A stretch of DNA of 62,664 nt, filler included, from Choristocarpus tenellus KU-1152 (Eukaryota > Protista > Phaeophyceae), in NCBI GenBank assembly GCA_964200185.2. It is 12 parts of 12 records of this genome, joined end to end, with 100 filler letters (N's around TTAATTAATTAA, not from the genome) between each part and the next. Parts side by side here need not be neighbours in the genome. Positions count along the whole stretch, not along the records: positions 7,390 to 14,822 come from CAXNAD020006172.1; positions 14,923 to 18,079 come from CAXNAD020021890.1; positions 18,180 to 24,227 come from CAXNAD020009074.1; positions 24,328 to 29,083 come from CAXNAD020013178.1; 8 more parts are not named here. One strand, 5' to 3'. The translations under genes were made by a program, and so were the position numbers. Below are positions 14,300 through 28,186 of this stretch, piece after piece (the first letter of the stretch is position 1; the number at the start of each line of letters is the position of its first letter). The notes under the pieces were generated by a model. That model saw only the letters and a list, made by a program, of their open reading frames with translations. It did no database searches and was not told the DNA's origin.

Positions 14300-14822
14300 A
14301 GTGAAACCCATAGATCTGTGACTACAATAAGGATAGCAACATGATCATGTGCTTGCTGCCACTTCTCTGATCTGAATCCACACTAAAACCTCTCTTCAGC
14401 CTGGAATTAGCAGAGCACAATGCACCTTGGTCCTGGCACTCCCATCCTTGGCAAAATGTGTCAGTCATTGACCATGTTGTCAAGTAAGGTAATGGATTCC
14501 CAAGATGGGCATGTTCCAACACCATGGCATGTTGGTGTGCCATCCCGTTCCTGGTGATGTTGGTGGTAAGTGACTTTGCTTTCAGTGCAACCCATTTCCA
14601 AATCCTTGTCACAGCATAATGGAGCTTCCTTGTCTCTAAAAAGGTTGCGCTCTTTCTGTGTATATGACGTCCAGTGATGTCATCTGGTCAACGGCACAAA
14701 CAGAGAAGTCGTTGCATTCCAAAACTTCCTTAAATGCTGCATTGATCCCCCTTTGCTTTGCCAGCAATATAGATTCATGTGGGTGACCAATTTCCTCCCG
14801 TGTACCACTCCAGCCTGAAGGG
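14300..14822 (-). mobile_element. Highly degenerate non-LTR retrotransposon remnant (zinc-knuckle/restriction-like endonuclease region)
   Basis: Broken frames read ..DITGRHIH..KLHYAV.., resembling the D-x-x-G-x-H...H-x-x-V motif of RLE-type LINEs. Confidence 0.3.
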
Positions 14823-15450
14823 NNNNNNNNNNNNNNNNNNNNNNNNNNNNNNNNNNNNNNNNNNNNTTAATTAATTAANNNNNNNNNNNNNNNNNNNNNN
14901 NNNNNNNNNNNNNNNNNNNNNNAATCAAATCACCCAAAAATCGCGACATGAAAAAATTGACCCCAAATGGACAGCCGCCACCCTCTCACAGATACTTTGA
15001 GCCAAATATGGTCTAGACTTGAAAAAAATATATTGTTTCTCGTTTTACAACAGATCATCAGTCAGGGTCATTTTGCTTCGTCAGATATTCATATTCATCA
15101 GGGACATAATTTGGGAAGGTAGCACTCCAGCAATGGCTTAAATCACATCACTTATAACAAAGACTTTCTTCACTCTGTTATTTTTTTGTTGTGGATTTAG
15201 AGCAGCCAGAAACAAAGGGTAAGAAAAGAGCATTCAAAATGTTTCGTGTTTCTCATGCTGTGAATAATTGACGGTTTCTGAAAGAGGGATGCAGATCTTC
15301 CAATGGGGGGAGACTGTTGTCTAGAGCACTGGTTGTGAAACTCTTTGCCTGTCCAGACAGAACCAAAGTAAACGAGAGGTACGCAAGTTTTTATTGTTTT
15401 GCATTTTAAGACTATTTTGCAATCTTTTGCAATTCACCCAAATTTCTATG

Positions 15451-15709
15451 GAGTTAAAAGTATCTTAAAGGGTAGAGCCACGTCTGCTTGGGGACCAAAA
15501 TCAAATGTTGCGTTTTTAATGTAATTTTGGCTATCATGTCTGTTAGGAGGTGTCAATATCCTTGTTCCAGACGCACCTTTCATAACGTACACATTTTACC
15601 TACTCCAAAACACTTCGGAGTAGGGAAATTATTATAAAAAACCTGTGGGAAGCCAAGCCCCAAACAGACAAACAGGGCAAAAGTCGTACCCTCTAAGATG
15701 CTTTCACAC
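15451..15709 (+). mobile_element. MITE family B, near-full copy
   Basis: Ends GAGTTAAAAGTATCTTAAAGGGTA ... TACCCTCTAAGATGCTTTCACAC, with the internal tacctactcc/ggagtagg hairpin. Confidence 0.85.
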
Positions 15710-16464
15710 AAGGATTAAGTTCTAAGTCTGACTAGAGAGCGTTTATTTCTCTACTGTTGGAATCATTTCGACGCAATTCAGAATATGTGCGAAACGCATT
15801 TCTAACAAAAGTCGAATTTTGCACAAATTTTTCAGCATCCTAAAAATGAGACTCTAGGTAACTCTAGTTTTCTTTAACTCACAGTGTGGGATATTTACTT
15901 CATGATTTCTTCGTGCTTAAACAAATAAGAGAATGGGTGCCATTTAATACAGGATTGAGTATTGTATGCGGCAATGAGTGAAAGGTCAACAATAGTGAGA
16001 GTCTTTCCTCTGAATATACTTGCGTGCAAATACACACAACAGCAGATATATAGGATCCACTCACTCTCTCATAATCTGAGAGCGTCAAAGACAAGGAACA
16101 CAAAAATATCTCCTACATATCAATAAGCAATCAATGCAGAACACTCCTCTCTGTACAGCACCACAACTGGACCTACCCAAGAAAATTAATTTAAAACACT
16201 GCGTCTATCCCATATCTCAGAAGAAGTGTAACCATTTCAAACCAGTAGGGGTTGTGTCCACCTCAGACATTTCCACAATGTCACCAAAGTATTAGGCAGT
16301 TGGCAACCCACACTCCCCAACAGCATCAACCTTGGATTAAAAATAACAAATCAGTTGTTTGAGCCGAGCTCCAAACACCCAACAGAGTTGGTCACAGTTT
16401 GACTTGGGAAAAATCTATCCACCTCCTTTGCACTACATAGTATGTACTATGAGAGAAGTACATT

Positions 16465-17924
16465 TCAGCAGGGGGCTGCCTGTTGCAGCCCTTCCACATG
16501 CTCTGTGGCAGTTGAATGTCGCCACCGGGCCTCTTCAACCATTGCCCCATCCGATAGTTTGTCGAGAGATAACTTCAACAGCTGCAAGTCATAGGTGGTT
16601 TTTGTGTTCTCAGGTCGGGCATCAGTGCGAAACTCAGGGATGAAGTCACCAGCGTCCACAACCTGCAAGCATCCATCCGCAGGGATTTCGGAACATAAGT
16701 TGGGTGAATTTGGTCTTGTGAAGGGATGATGATGTGAGAAGACAAAAATAAAAGTAAAAAGGTGAACTCATATCTGTTTAAATGAATGATGCTATGCAAG
16801 AAAAGATCAAGCATAATTGATAACTGCACAAAGTATTAGCACATCGACACGGGCATCCAAGAGAGCTGGCACACTCCCCAAGCATACTGTATTCAAACCT
16901 AAACCTACAAAAAACATCACAAGGGGTTGGGAATAAGTGGTCTACTACAGCAGGTGCCCCCAAAGTAGCCACACACTTTGGAGTAGGAAAATTACATCGC
17001 TGTCCCAATCATGAGATGCCAAAAGCCCAAAATCAAACAGGGGGCTTATCCCAACCCACAGCACACGAAACATTGTGCCTCTAGAGGTACAGCAGCTCAA
17101 AAGCTTGGACAAGACAGACCCGCCCCCACAACCCCCCAAACATGTGAGCTCAACACTATTGCCATATATCTGCATGACACAATGGAAAAACATGCAACTG
17201 CGTGTAGCTGAGCTAGCTCCAGTGTCTACAAGATATTCCACACTTCAATCACCTGGGAGCAGCTACCAGCTACTGTACCATAGGAGACTCAGTGCACATT
17301 AGTTGTACGGGTGAGCAGAAAAAAAAGAGGCTGGTACACAGGGGAACTTTTTGCTGTATCTCCACAACACAATACAAACACACGAGTACATTCAAATGCC
17401 AGCCTCGATTGTGCACTGGCTCTGACTACCGGGTGCCTGTTTGTGATTGGAAAAAAAACATAAAAACTAGGCCATTCAAATATGGATACTACATTCATTC
17501 ACATGAGTGTACTAAAGACTAAAACTTCGCTTCAGACATACAGTGTGTGTGAAATTGTTCCCTAAACGTTTTTGCCCTAACTGTCCTTTTTTCATCTTTT
17601 CAAGAACGGTTGTTTTGCTTCCTTGAGGGGTGTAAACTTCACGAGTCGGTGATATGAGGCCACAGTCCTCAGTGGTGATGAAGTACCCTTTGCTCTTCAC
17701 TTGTACAATTTTGCCAGACTTGTAAAAAAAAATTAAATCTCAGCACTGAGAAGAAAAGTCTCTGCATAAATATCATTGTTCAAATTGTGAAGCATCCAGT
17801 ACTGCTTGGGCAGTCCTGAGACCTTGGGCAGTGCATCGGTGTGTGGCGATATGGAGACGCACTCATTTGCTCTCACTTTTCCATCATAGTCGGGAGTGAG
17901 GGGGGTGTTTCCTTCTGCGTCCAA
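16465..17924 (-). CDS. Probable exons of an unidentified gene
   Basis: Coding-like segments with splice signals (..HTDALPK|GT at ~17823; CAAG|..CLQVVDAGDFIPEFRTD at ~16714). No recognisable family. Confidence 0.3.
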
Positions 17925-18825
17925 TCACTGTTTACACTTCAAAATCCATAATACATGCACATAAGAACAAACTATAAATAGAAGAGACTCAGATTGGGGG
18001 GAGGGGGGGGGGGGGGGACATTGAGGGGGCAATACTCACCAAAACCCCCCAAATGAGGGTTTGAAATTTTGTTTCTGTANNNNNNNNNNNNNNNNNNNNN
18101 NNNNNNNNNNNNNNNNNNNNNNNTTAATTAATTAANNNNNNNNNNNNNNNNNNNNNNNNNNNNNNNNNNNNNNNNNNNNGATTGTGAGCTGGAATTCCTG
18201 GGGGGGGATCTGGCATGCTGGTTCCAGCGGTTGTGTCGAGGCCCAGGCCTTAGCTCCTTGTCCACACTGGCTCCAGTTGCGCTCTAGGGCTAATGAAGAG
18301 CTTTCCCTTTCTTGGTGGGCCAATAAAATATCCTCCACACAGTCAGTCGAACCGAAGTCTCAGAACACAACCTCAATCGGTATAACGGTATATGAAATAC
18401 GGCAATAACTGTATAACAACAGATAAACATGCTTTCCACAGTTGTGTGTTTGAAAAAGAGCTGTTAGAAAAATGTGGAAGATATGATATTACTCCCCCGG
18501 GGCGCAGGAGTAGGGAGATAGGAAGGACAGGAAGACAGTACAATATTGATAATGGTGAAGTAACTGATAGATTAGTGGTGGTTTTCACACTTACAGTGTT
18601 TTATAGTATTTGCACATTCATGATATTTTATTTCCTTAGTTAGGGCTAATAATGACATATGTATAGTTTTCCTTGGTTTTTCCCCTGACGCATCTGCAAA
18701 TGTCAGATGGCATAATAATATAATATTATATGATATATACTGAAGCCACATATTTTTAGTTTCTGATTTTGATACATTTTTTCTTATCCCATAAAATTCA
18801 AACATATTTGTTGTATGGTATAACT

Positions 18826-19889
18826 TTGGCAGTCGCCTCTAGGATATGACTGGTGTTGATAAATTTCGAGGTGATGCAAAGCATTCTGATCGGTGATCAG
18901 CACACCAAATTGAAGCTGAGATCAAATATTGTCGATTGGGGCAAAGAAACCAGGAAGCAAATTACTCTGTGTTGAGATAGTAAATACCGAAAGGTTCGGT
19001 TGAATTGCCAAAAAATGAAAATCGCTGAAAATCATATCAAGATGTTTTTGGCGACCGGATTTCTTTGTGCCGATTGACTGCTTGTAATCTCAGCTTTAAT
19101 TGATGTGCTCATCATCGATCAGGACGCCTTGCATCACCTCGAAATTATTCAATACCTCTGATGCTATCATAAACGTGACTGTTAACAATATACTATGCGA
19201 GGCTTTCGGAGCTTGAGATCTTCGCACGCAGCTCACTACAACATACATTGTCCACGCAGAACTTGGCACAATGGTTGCGGGTTCCCCTCTGTTGAAGGAC
19301 ATGCTGGATATCGTGGTGCGTTCTCTACCTCCAGGCTTCAAGTTTCACAGAAGTCAAAGGAAGAGGTTGGGCAGAGAGTACGCGCTGGTGATAGCCGTGT
19401 GTCGAGAGGGGGACTCGCGCTTGATCGAGTGAACCAGTCAATCACTGCGGAACAAGAAATCAAAGAGGGATCGCGACTACGATGGATAGAGTGTATTCTT
19501 GGCCAAGCTCGATGATGAGGGCTGGCTGACTGTCTGCTGTCTGATGAGCTTTTAGGCGTAACAGTGGAGCTAAAATAGCAATCGAGAGTTTAGGGTTTCA
19601 CACAGACAGATGAGACATGGAGAATCACGACTCTTCTTCTCCCGTGCAAAAAATCGTCCTGGGAGAGGAGAAACAGCCCTCCAAGCCATATACTGGACGA
19701 CGGACGGACGGGTGTCTAAGTAACTTGATTTTAATGAGGAAAAATGCCCCATCGCAACACAACCAACTTCAACCTATCTAATAATGTTAGGAGTGATTCA
19801 AGGGTCACACTAAGCTTTATTTCGTCGAAAAACTCCTCTCCGATCAAAAGTTAGAGCAGGACAAATTCTATCCTAGAGGCGACTGCCAA
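18826..19889. mobile_element. Putative non-autonomous DNA transposon with 21-bp inverted repeats
   Basis: TTGGCAGTCGCCTCTAGGATA (18826) and TATCCTAGAGGCGACTGCCAA (ends 19889) form a perfect inverted pair. The right-end sequence recurs at ~20130-20200. Confidence 0.55.
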
Positions 19890-20574
19890 CACCATATAGC
19901 CTTGAAGCACTAACAGAGGGGGGCACACACGGACAACACGGCATGAGATTAGGTCTCATTTAAACAAATTCCCCACCAATGATAAACTACAGTATGCGTG
20001 AAAAAATCCCATTTCAGTTCCATCTCACAGAACTCAACGGCCAAAAACTCAAATTCTAGGAAACTTCATTATGGGTTTCAAAGATCCTCCTGTATTGAAA
20101 CTCAAGTCACACCAAACCCATCTAATTCGAAAACTCCGATCAAAAGAAAGTTACACCAGCACAAATTCTGTCCCACAGATGACTGACTGCCAACACCATA
20201 TGTGCTGAGGGAGAAGCCCAGAAAAAGCAGAAAATTCAACGTTTCTAGCAAAAGTCCTGGCGGTCCAACGGATTGTTTGTATTTTTGGATTGATCACATA
20301 TTTCAAGTAAATATACCAGTGATTCCACTAGTTCCAGATCGGAAGGATTTATTTCTTGAACATACTCACCCAACAAACATATAAAGGACTATTTGTTAGT
20401 ACAATTATGTAACAATTTTACCCTAGAACGTGTTGAGAAATACCCAAGTTGTGGCAACTACAATTTGTCTTCCATACAAACATACAGTAATTGTACCTAG
20501 AACATGTGGAGAAATGGCATTGTGGAGGGACAATCCCACTTCGACGTACCATTTAGGTTGGGCGGGGCTTGGGC

Positions 20575-22293
20575 ATGGGCTTGCCTCAGTGGTTTGCCGC
20601 AGGAACTGATACTACTTCGGCGCTTGGCGCGACTTTTGTCGTCGATGGAGGGGAGATGTATATTGATGTTCATCGATCACGATTACTTCGTGATGATGGT
20701 TCATCACACGCGGATATGGAGTTTGGGGTGAAGATAGGTATAGGATGTGTCATTATCTTAGGATTTATGGTGTGGTGGGCGTGGCTGGCTTTCGAAAATT
20801 CAATTCATCCTGCAGCCCCACGCTCCGTACCATACAGAAGCAACAGCGATAGCCCATTATCTAAGTGGAGGGAAGAAGTGGGGAGACGGTATCTGGAGCA
20901 ATGTGAGGTGTTGGACCATAATCCTGGTTTTTCCGAGTTCTTCAACCCCTTGTGGACGGTTGAAGGAGGAAAATTCAAGCCTGGCTGCAGTCAAGGTGAG
21001 TGTATTGCATAACCTAATCACATCATAATGGTCACCTTGTCTTTTTTTGATATGGTACCTGATTGTGGGCAAGTCTGTAGAAAACATTCTTACTCGTCGA
21101 CTCGAACGCACATCAACAAGTGTTGATACCTACATGTGTCTGGATGATGTTTGAAATGGCATGATGGTACAGATGACACAGTTTGTATTTCCGATCGTCT
21201 GTATGGTCTTTGATTCGTCACGTTGACGGCTGCATCAGATATCCCCTCATTAGCAGCTCGCAGCATGCCACCATTGGCCACTCGTTATTGGACGGCGAAG
21301 GACCTTCTTAGGGCCAGGGATGAGAGTAGGAATCTTTTTGCGGGCCTACAGGGTGGGACATCACGCAACACAAGGTTGGGGTCTGGGGGGGGGGCGAAGG
21401 TCAACGAGAATAGATCCGGCGCCGAGGAGTTCGCCAGAATGCACGAGAGGTCTGGGGGAGCAACATCGTCAAACTTGAGATATAATGGATCCCGTACCAT
21501 CAATGCCTACAACGTGGATCGGACCTTCAGGTTGAGGTCGAAGTCCTTACCAACACCACGTTATATTGACGAGGAGGAGTCAGATGTTTCCACACCAGCG
21601 ACTCCCAGCATGCCTCCTTTGACCGCCCGCAAATGGGCTGTGAAAGGTCTTGTCCAGGCCAAGGATGAAGACAAGAATCTATCGGCCAGCGTGAAAGGTG
21701 GGGAGTCATGTAACGAAGGATTAGGTTCTGGGCTGGGGGGGGAGATCAATGGAACCGGATCCATTGGCGTGGAGAAGCTAGGTCGACAGTACGAGGGACC
21801 TGGGGAGGTTACACCGTCCAATTTGAGAAACAGAACATATTATGGCAGTGAATACACTCCGAATACGACCTTCGGGTCAGGTTTGAGGTCACCTCCAATA
21901 CGAGGGTTCGGAGGTGAGGGCATGTCAGATGTTGGCTCACTTACAGATTCCAATGTACCTCCGTTGGCTACCCGTCGTTGGACGGCGAAGAACCTTATAC
22001 GGACGAGGGATGAGGAGAGACTTTTGCGTGTGGGGACATCATGCAATGAAGGGCTGGGTTCTGAGGGGAGGTTGATGGTCAATGGAAGTGAAGAGGGACC
22101 TGGCGGGGTAGTACAGTCGAAGATAAAAGACAGCATACCTGATAGTGCTAGTGACTACACCATAGATTCGACCTTTGAGTCAGGGTTGAGATCACTGCCA
22201 ACACGAGGTCTTGGATATGAGGTCTTGGAAGGGACCAAACGGGGAGGTTGGGAGGGGGATTCCAAGGGGAGTGAAGAGGCTCATTTCCGGTAG
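20575..22293 (+). CDS. Hypothetical single-pass membrane protein with three ~105-115-aa tandem repeats. Exons 20575-20995 and 21239-22293
   Basis: Hydrophobic stretch IGIGCVIILGFMVWWAWLAF. Donor CAAG|GTGAG and acceptor CAG|AT are phase compatible. The repeat core SD..S.....PPL.TR.W..K.L...RDE occurs three times. Confidence 0.7.
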
Positions 22294-24327
22294 AAACATT
22301 GAATTCTTCAGTTTTTGTGCACATGGTTAGTATCCATGCTTGCGGCTTTTTCCCACCTCTATCCACTCAGAGATATTCTTGTTGTGAAACCGCTGAAGAG
22401 TATATTTTCATAATATTGGAATCATGCGTTTTGCCACTCTCTAAAAGACCTGGGGGAAGTGTGGGATACAGCGACTCCTATGTTCTTTTCTTTCGTTAAG
22501 GAAGGTGGAAGATGGGGCACTGTTCAATCCCAAGCAAGTATCTCTAGCCTATAGGGAACCCATGTGTGTTCTAATCGATTCAGTTTGTCTTGTTTTGTCT
22601 GAAAGTCTCTCAGCACGCTTCAATGTTGTTGTGCAGGTGTTGTCAACTTTCGATCAGTATAATTAGTGTGAATTTTTCGTTATGGACTGCTTTGCAAATA
22701 GCTGAGTGAGCATCAGAAAGTATATTATCCGTACTGCTGTTTGCATCTGATGGAAGAGAATGGAGGGAAAGGGGAAGAGTCTAAGATGTGCGTTGTATAC
22801 TACTTTCTTTTGAAGGTCAATGGTGTGCCTGAATGGGATGGGGTGGCCTCCTGCCTCCTTTTTGTTTGTCTAAACCACAGAGGACAGGTTTGCTTTTATT
22901 TTTTTGGATTAATCTTTTTTATGAATATCATTATGTATGGGGTAGTGGGGGAGGATTTTTTCTACAGTTTAGTTGCCTTCATGTTCCACACAAGGTTACT
23001 ATCTTTGTGTCTGAACTTTGGTGAGTTTGCTGTTGCTTTACTTGAAGTGCGAATGCATGGAGCATGTAAGAAGGAAAAGTACGATGTATGGAAGTCACAT
23101 TGTACAATTGCCAACAATTCTCAGTGGAAAGAAGGGCAACACACAGCTCATCTATCAATGTCAGTATGTGGAAGAGCAAATGTCCACGTCCTTCCTTCGT
23201 GCTATGTTGATAAACTTTTGCTCATAATATTTTTGTACTTTCCCAATTTTCTTGTGTACGAAAGATGTAACTGTGTTTTCTCCCTGCTTTTCCGCTGCTG
23301 CATGCGCGTTGGGTTACATCGATAATACCTAGGCAGTTACTGCAGAGGGCATCTGTCTTCGTCATTGGTGCAAGGTCGTATTATTGTTTTATGTGTTGGG
23401 TAGAGTGAGGCACTACTGGTTGATACATGTTTTTTTCAGTGCATTATTTAGTTGGAAGTAGAATATAGTTGTCTTCTTGTCTTTTGAGTGCATCGATTGT
23501 GCATGGTTTTTCTCTACGTAACAAAGCTTGCTGCACAGGATTATGCTCACACCAGAGATACACACACACATTATTGTTTTTCTGTTGCCACTTACACCAC
23601 AGCAACTAGTCAGATGCGTCTCAGATAGTTGACTTTGTACGTGAAAGTAATACTTCTGATTTGAAGAACAAACCATTTAATTCGAGAGATGGTGCTTTTT
23701 TTGCAGTTTTGATAAAATATAACCAGAAGGGCTGTACCACTGCAGAACTGATGCACTTTTGAAGCTTGTCTTACCAAGCAACAATACAAGGTGACCATTA
23801 CTGCTCCTCATTGTGTAACTGTTGCAACTGCTGAACTGTCCAAACCAGTTAAAAACGGACTGTACTTCATCTTCACGCACGTATGTCAACATGCAATATA
23901 TTTTATTACACGAGGCAATTATTGAAGCTCTTCCATCCCTCAAAATATGCACTCGCTCATCTCGCAATCCTTCCAGCCAAATAGCACATTCTTTATATAT
24001 ATATTTTGCTTGTTACTTTCCCTAGCTTCTTTTATACCCTCTCTGCACCTATTCTCCATATCCAAGCTAATATCTACCCAAGCGTTCTTGCAATAGTACT
24101 TTGCATACTTCCTTACAATAACCCTGGTATATTAAGAAATCATTCAACAAAGTTAACATATTTTATTTTTGGCTCAAAGTATCTGGGAGGGGGTGGCGGC
24201 AGTCCATTTGGGGTCAATTTTTTCATGNNNNNNNNNNNNNNNNNNNNNNNNNNNNNNNNNNNNNNNNNNNNTTAATTAATTAANNNNNNNNNNNNNNNNN
24301 NNNNNNNNNNNNNNNNNNNNNNNNNNN

Positions 24328-26700
24328 TCAGCTGTTACGAAGTCTCATTGCCAGCTGCCACGGACCTGCACAAGACCTTCACGGACTCCAGCAGGGGGCA
24401 ATACTCCCGACCAGTGTCTCATGCGCCCCTGCAATACTAAAAGCTGAGTGTTTACGAGGAGCAATGCCCATCATGAAACAAAGTTCAGCACGGGGTGAAG
24501 ACTTAGCAGGTCAGCCTTCAATGTGAGCATAACCACGGCTACCCCATACTGGAATTTACGTAACATCAGCAGTACGTCCGTGCCACATTTCCCATGGAGT
24601 CGCCCAGCCTTCATTCGCAGATGTCGGTGCCATGTTGGTGAGATCATTGGCGTGTGACATCGCCTCTGTCCACAAGGTCCCATCGTCTTCCAGTCTTGCA
24701 CCATATCGCAGTACCAGTGACTTCTACACCAACACAATTCTCCTTTCAACCACCCCGTTGTATTGAGGCACACCAGGCACAGTATGCTCACGTCTAATGC
24801 CGTACCTTTCCCGCATCGACTCAAATGCAGCCCCAGAAAAATTCCGTCTCACAGTCCGTCCTTACAGCCTTGATCTCCACCTCAGCAGGCTTCACCACGT
24901 CGATCAACAATCTCTCGAATGCAGACGATGTCATTGTATCACTGTTTTGTTAAAGTAATACCTGAAACTCATTTGAGTGCAGTCATCCACCATGAACATG
25001 CATAGTAGTGCTCCTTCTCCTTACTGGATTTTTCCTTCGGTCCAGTCAAGTCCATATAAACACACTCCCCCCTTACCGAAGTGCAATTCTCTTTCTCCTT
25101 CGGAATTGGATGCCGATGAGCCTTGCCGTGTGAGTAACCTCGGCAAAATGGCCCCCACATCCCAGACGTCAAAATATTTGGAGCAAAAGTGTACTTCCTG
25201 ACCATCCCCTGATGTACATGACCTAATCGCATGTGCAGGTCATTGACATCCATCGACGCAGTAATATTCCAAGTCAAGTGTAATCTTGGTTCCAGAAACA
25301 GGTGTTGCATCAATTGTAGGAGCAGTAGTAGAGTCTGACGAGTTCATCACTCTTACTCTTCGCATACCTAATGAAAATAAATCTTCCTCCCCCAACGACA
25401 TAAACGTGAGATTGCGTTCCCCATTGTTCCTAAAAGTTGAAAATCTAGTGGAGTTGACAGACCAGAAACTGTGACCGTCTCACGTACAAGCCTTGGCAGA
25501 ATACAAGTTCACATCAAGAACAGGCACAACGAGTACATCAGTGAAGATAACGGTCTCCAATTTACCACTAAGAACGCACTCCAATTTGATGTTCCCCTTC
25601 CCCACAATGTCAAGTGTTTCACCACCTCCAACTTCAACTGTTCCGTCATAAGGTTCCTAATCAACATGTTCTTATTGGTTGTTATTTGTTATATGTGGCT
25701 CCACTGTCCGAAATCCAAACCTCAACCCATGATGGTCTCTTGAATGGAAGTGTTTTTACCTTACTTGCAAGATAACTCAATTGATTTGTTACCAAGAAAC
25801 CACCCAATCTTGGTCTTCTTGCACCAAATCCGTCCGGTTTTTGTCCTGCTCGCTTGTTACCAGTACCATATCTCCTCACCCAATTTCTTCTTTAGGATGT
25901 TCGGAGATTCCAGACCCTTTGACGAACCAAACATTCATTGAGAACATTCAAAGATTTGGTGACCCAATTCCCCGCAAACAAAACAGGTAATATCCCCTTC
26001 AGTCTCCTTCTGCTTCTTGAGTTGTGGGCACTTGGATTGGACGTGAGGTCCACCACACATTCCCAACAAACAGGTTGTCCAACAGTACGCCTGGGTTGCC
26101 GTCCTACCACCAGTGCGCCAGTTCTCACCCCAGCCGATACTGGCCCCTTTTGGATGGAGAGTAGTCAGTATTTCTTCAATACTAACTTTTCCAGTTTCAT
26201 CCGCCCCTCTGGTGACTCGTCATCATCTATCTGGTATAAGATGTCCAGATACTCTTCGTCACGTCAATTTTGTAGCCAACCCACTCGATCTTCCTCAGTC
26301 ACTAAACCTCCCAGGCTCTTCAGCTCCAGTATAAGAGCCTCCTGCCGGTTTATGATGTCAGCAGGATCTCCCCCAGGTTTCAGCATCATGTCCACAATTG
26401 CCGTTTCACAATATTTCTCTCAATTTTCCCAGAATGAGCATAGTTCTTGATAAGTCTGGCAAATGCTTCACTTGGAGATTCGTACGTCAAAACGATCTCC
26501 AACGCAGGCCCAGCTGTGGCTTCTTGAAGTCCGTTTATCGCGTAAGTCATCGCATGGTGAAGGTACGGGTCAACACCAGTCGGGGAATAATCCAATGATA
26601 ATGCCCTCAGTTGTTCCTTTGTTACCAGAGGCTCCCTACATCCCGATGAGAGAGTATGTGTAAGACACGTTTTGCACCACTTCCTCCAAGTTCCTGGTTC
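24328..26700 (-). mobile_element. Degenerate Ty1/copia LTR retrotransposon (gag, zinc knuckles, protease, GAG-pre-integrase, integrase start)
   Basis: CFVCGELGHQIFEC zinc knuckle, WISDSGAT protease motif, LHMRLGH...C..GKAHR..P and VYMDLTGP, in copia order with many frameshifts. Confidence 0.88.
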
Positions 26701-27249
26701 CCCCTTGAACGCAGGTTTTCTTGAGGAATATTGTTTTAACTTGGGGCGTGAATATGGGTCTAGCCCCTACGGACACTGTATTTCTAGCCCCAACCCCAAC
26801 CACGCTCCCTTGCACGGCTGATGTCCCATCTTCAATCTCCCCCCCCCCAATGGGTCACTGACGGTTCTTCAACCCCGTCAACAATGGAGTTCAGACTTGA
26901 ATCAAATCTTGATCTGGGCATCATTTTCTTTGTCTTGACTCCCTTCCCGGTGATAGGTAAAATCCAAATATAGTAACTACACAAGAACGCTTATAAGTGC
27001 CATGAGAAGAGAGTAAGACACCATCACCAGATGGGGCTCACTAAACCTTACAGTAAATGGCTCAGAATACCAAATGACTTAACTTTTGTCTGGAACACGT
27101 CAGAAATACTCCAACTCTAACATTCCGCCAAATTCTTCTGGTCAAATACCCCACCTAAATATCCCGTATGTCCCGCAGCACCGTTTTGTGCATACATAAG
27201 ATATGACTTCGAAACTTATTCTCACAAATGCTCAAGCGTAATCTCGAGA

Positions 27250-27582
27250 CACGATCTCCCCCAGTTTCCAGTATCATCTCCATGAATTCCGTTTCACAAG
27301 ATTTCTCTCAATTTGCTCATAATAATGAGCGTAATTCTTGATGCGTGCGGTGAATGCTTCACTTGAGATTTGTACGTCAAACGATCTCCAACGCAGGTCC
27401 AACTGTAGCCCCTTGAAGTCAATTGATGACATACGTCGTCGCATGGTGAAGGTACGGATCTACCCCGGTTAGGGAATAGTCCAATGATAATACCCTCAGG
27501 TATTCCTTTGTTACCAGTGGTTCCCTCCATCCTGATGAGAGAGCATGGGTAAAGAAAGTTCTACTTCACTTCCTCCAAGTTC
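27250..27582 (-). mobile_element. Second diverged copy of the copia gag region, truncated by an LTR
   Basis: Aligns to 26400-26690 (shared gtacgtcaaacgatctccaacgcagg and ttcctccaagttc). Confidence 0.75.
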
Positions 27583-28186
27583 TGTTACAGGCGCCCCTCA
27601 ATGCTCACCTTCCAGGATGAACAACTCAAATCCAACGACCTTAAAACGATGCTATGGGGCGTTACCTTTTACAACGAGTTGTAGGGTGTCAGATAGCCTT
27701 CTCTTGATACTCCACTCAGTGCTTAGCTCAAAGCTTGACTCAATGTTTCGTTCAAAAGATAGACTGGGGCATAAGCGAGGTAAAAAGTGTGTTACCACTA
27801 AGAACTTCTCTTATTATTTTCATCCACCCAATTTCGTTGTTCTTCTATCAACTACTCTATAGGTACTCCAATCATAATAAGCCTTTATTCTTCAACTTCT
27901 TAGTGACTTTGACATTTTCCTCCGTAATGTTACGTAGGTATTCCGAATCTTACTCTGCATCTTCTCAAAATAATAATTTATCCAGTAAGGCTACCTATGT
28001 GTTACTAATATCGTATATAGTTCGTACTTGTTAGAACGCGAGAAACAATCTTCACACTATACGTCTGTCATAAATGTTCGTATATCCTGAAACATGAGGA
28101 TAAAATGCTCGCGCTATTTGCGTGTAACAAATGCTTGTACTTCGTTGAAATACAAGAAGAAACACTCGCACTATTCGACTGTAACA
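27583..28186. mobile_element. Solo LTR (~604 bp)
   Basis: Starts TGTTACAG and ends CTGTAACA (TG...CA, 8-bp inverted ends). Its first ~70 bp recur nearly identically at 62594-62664. Confidence 0.75.
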
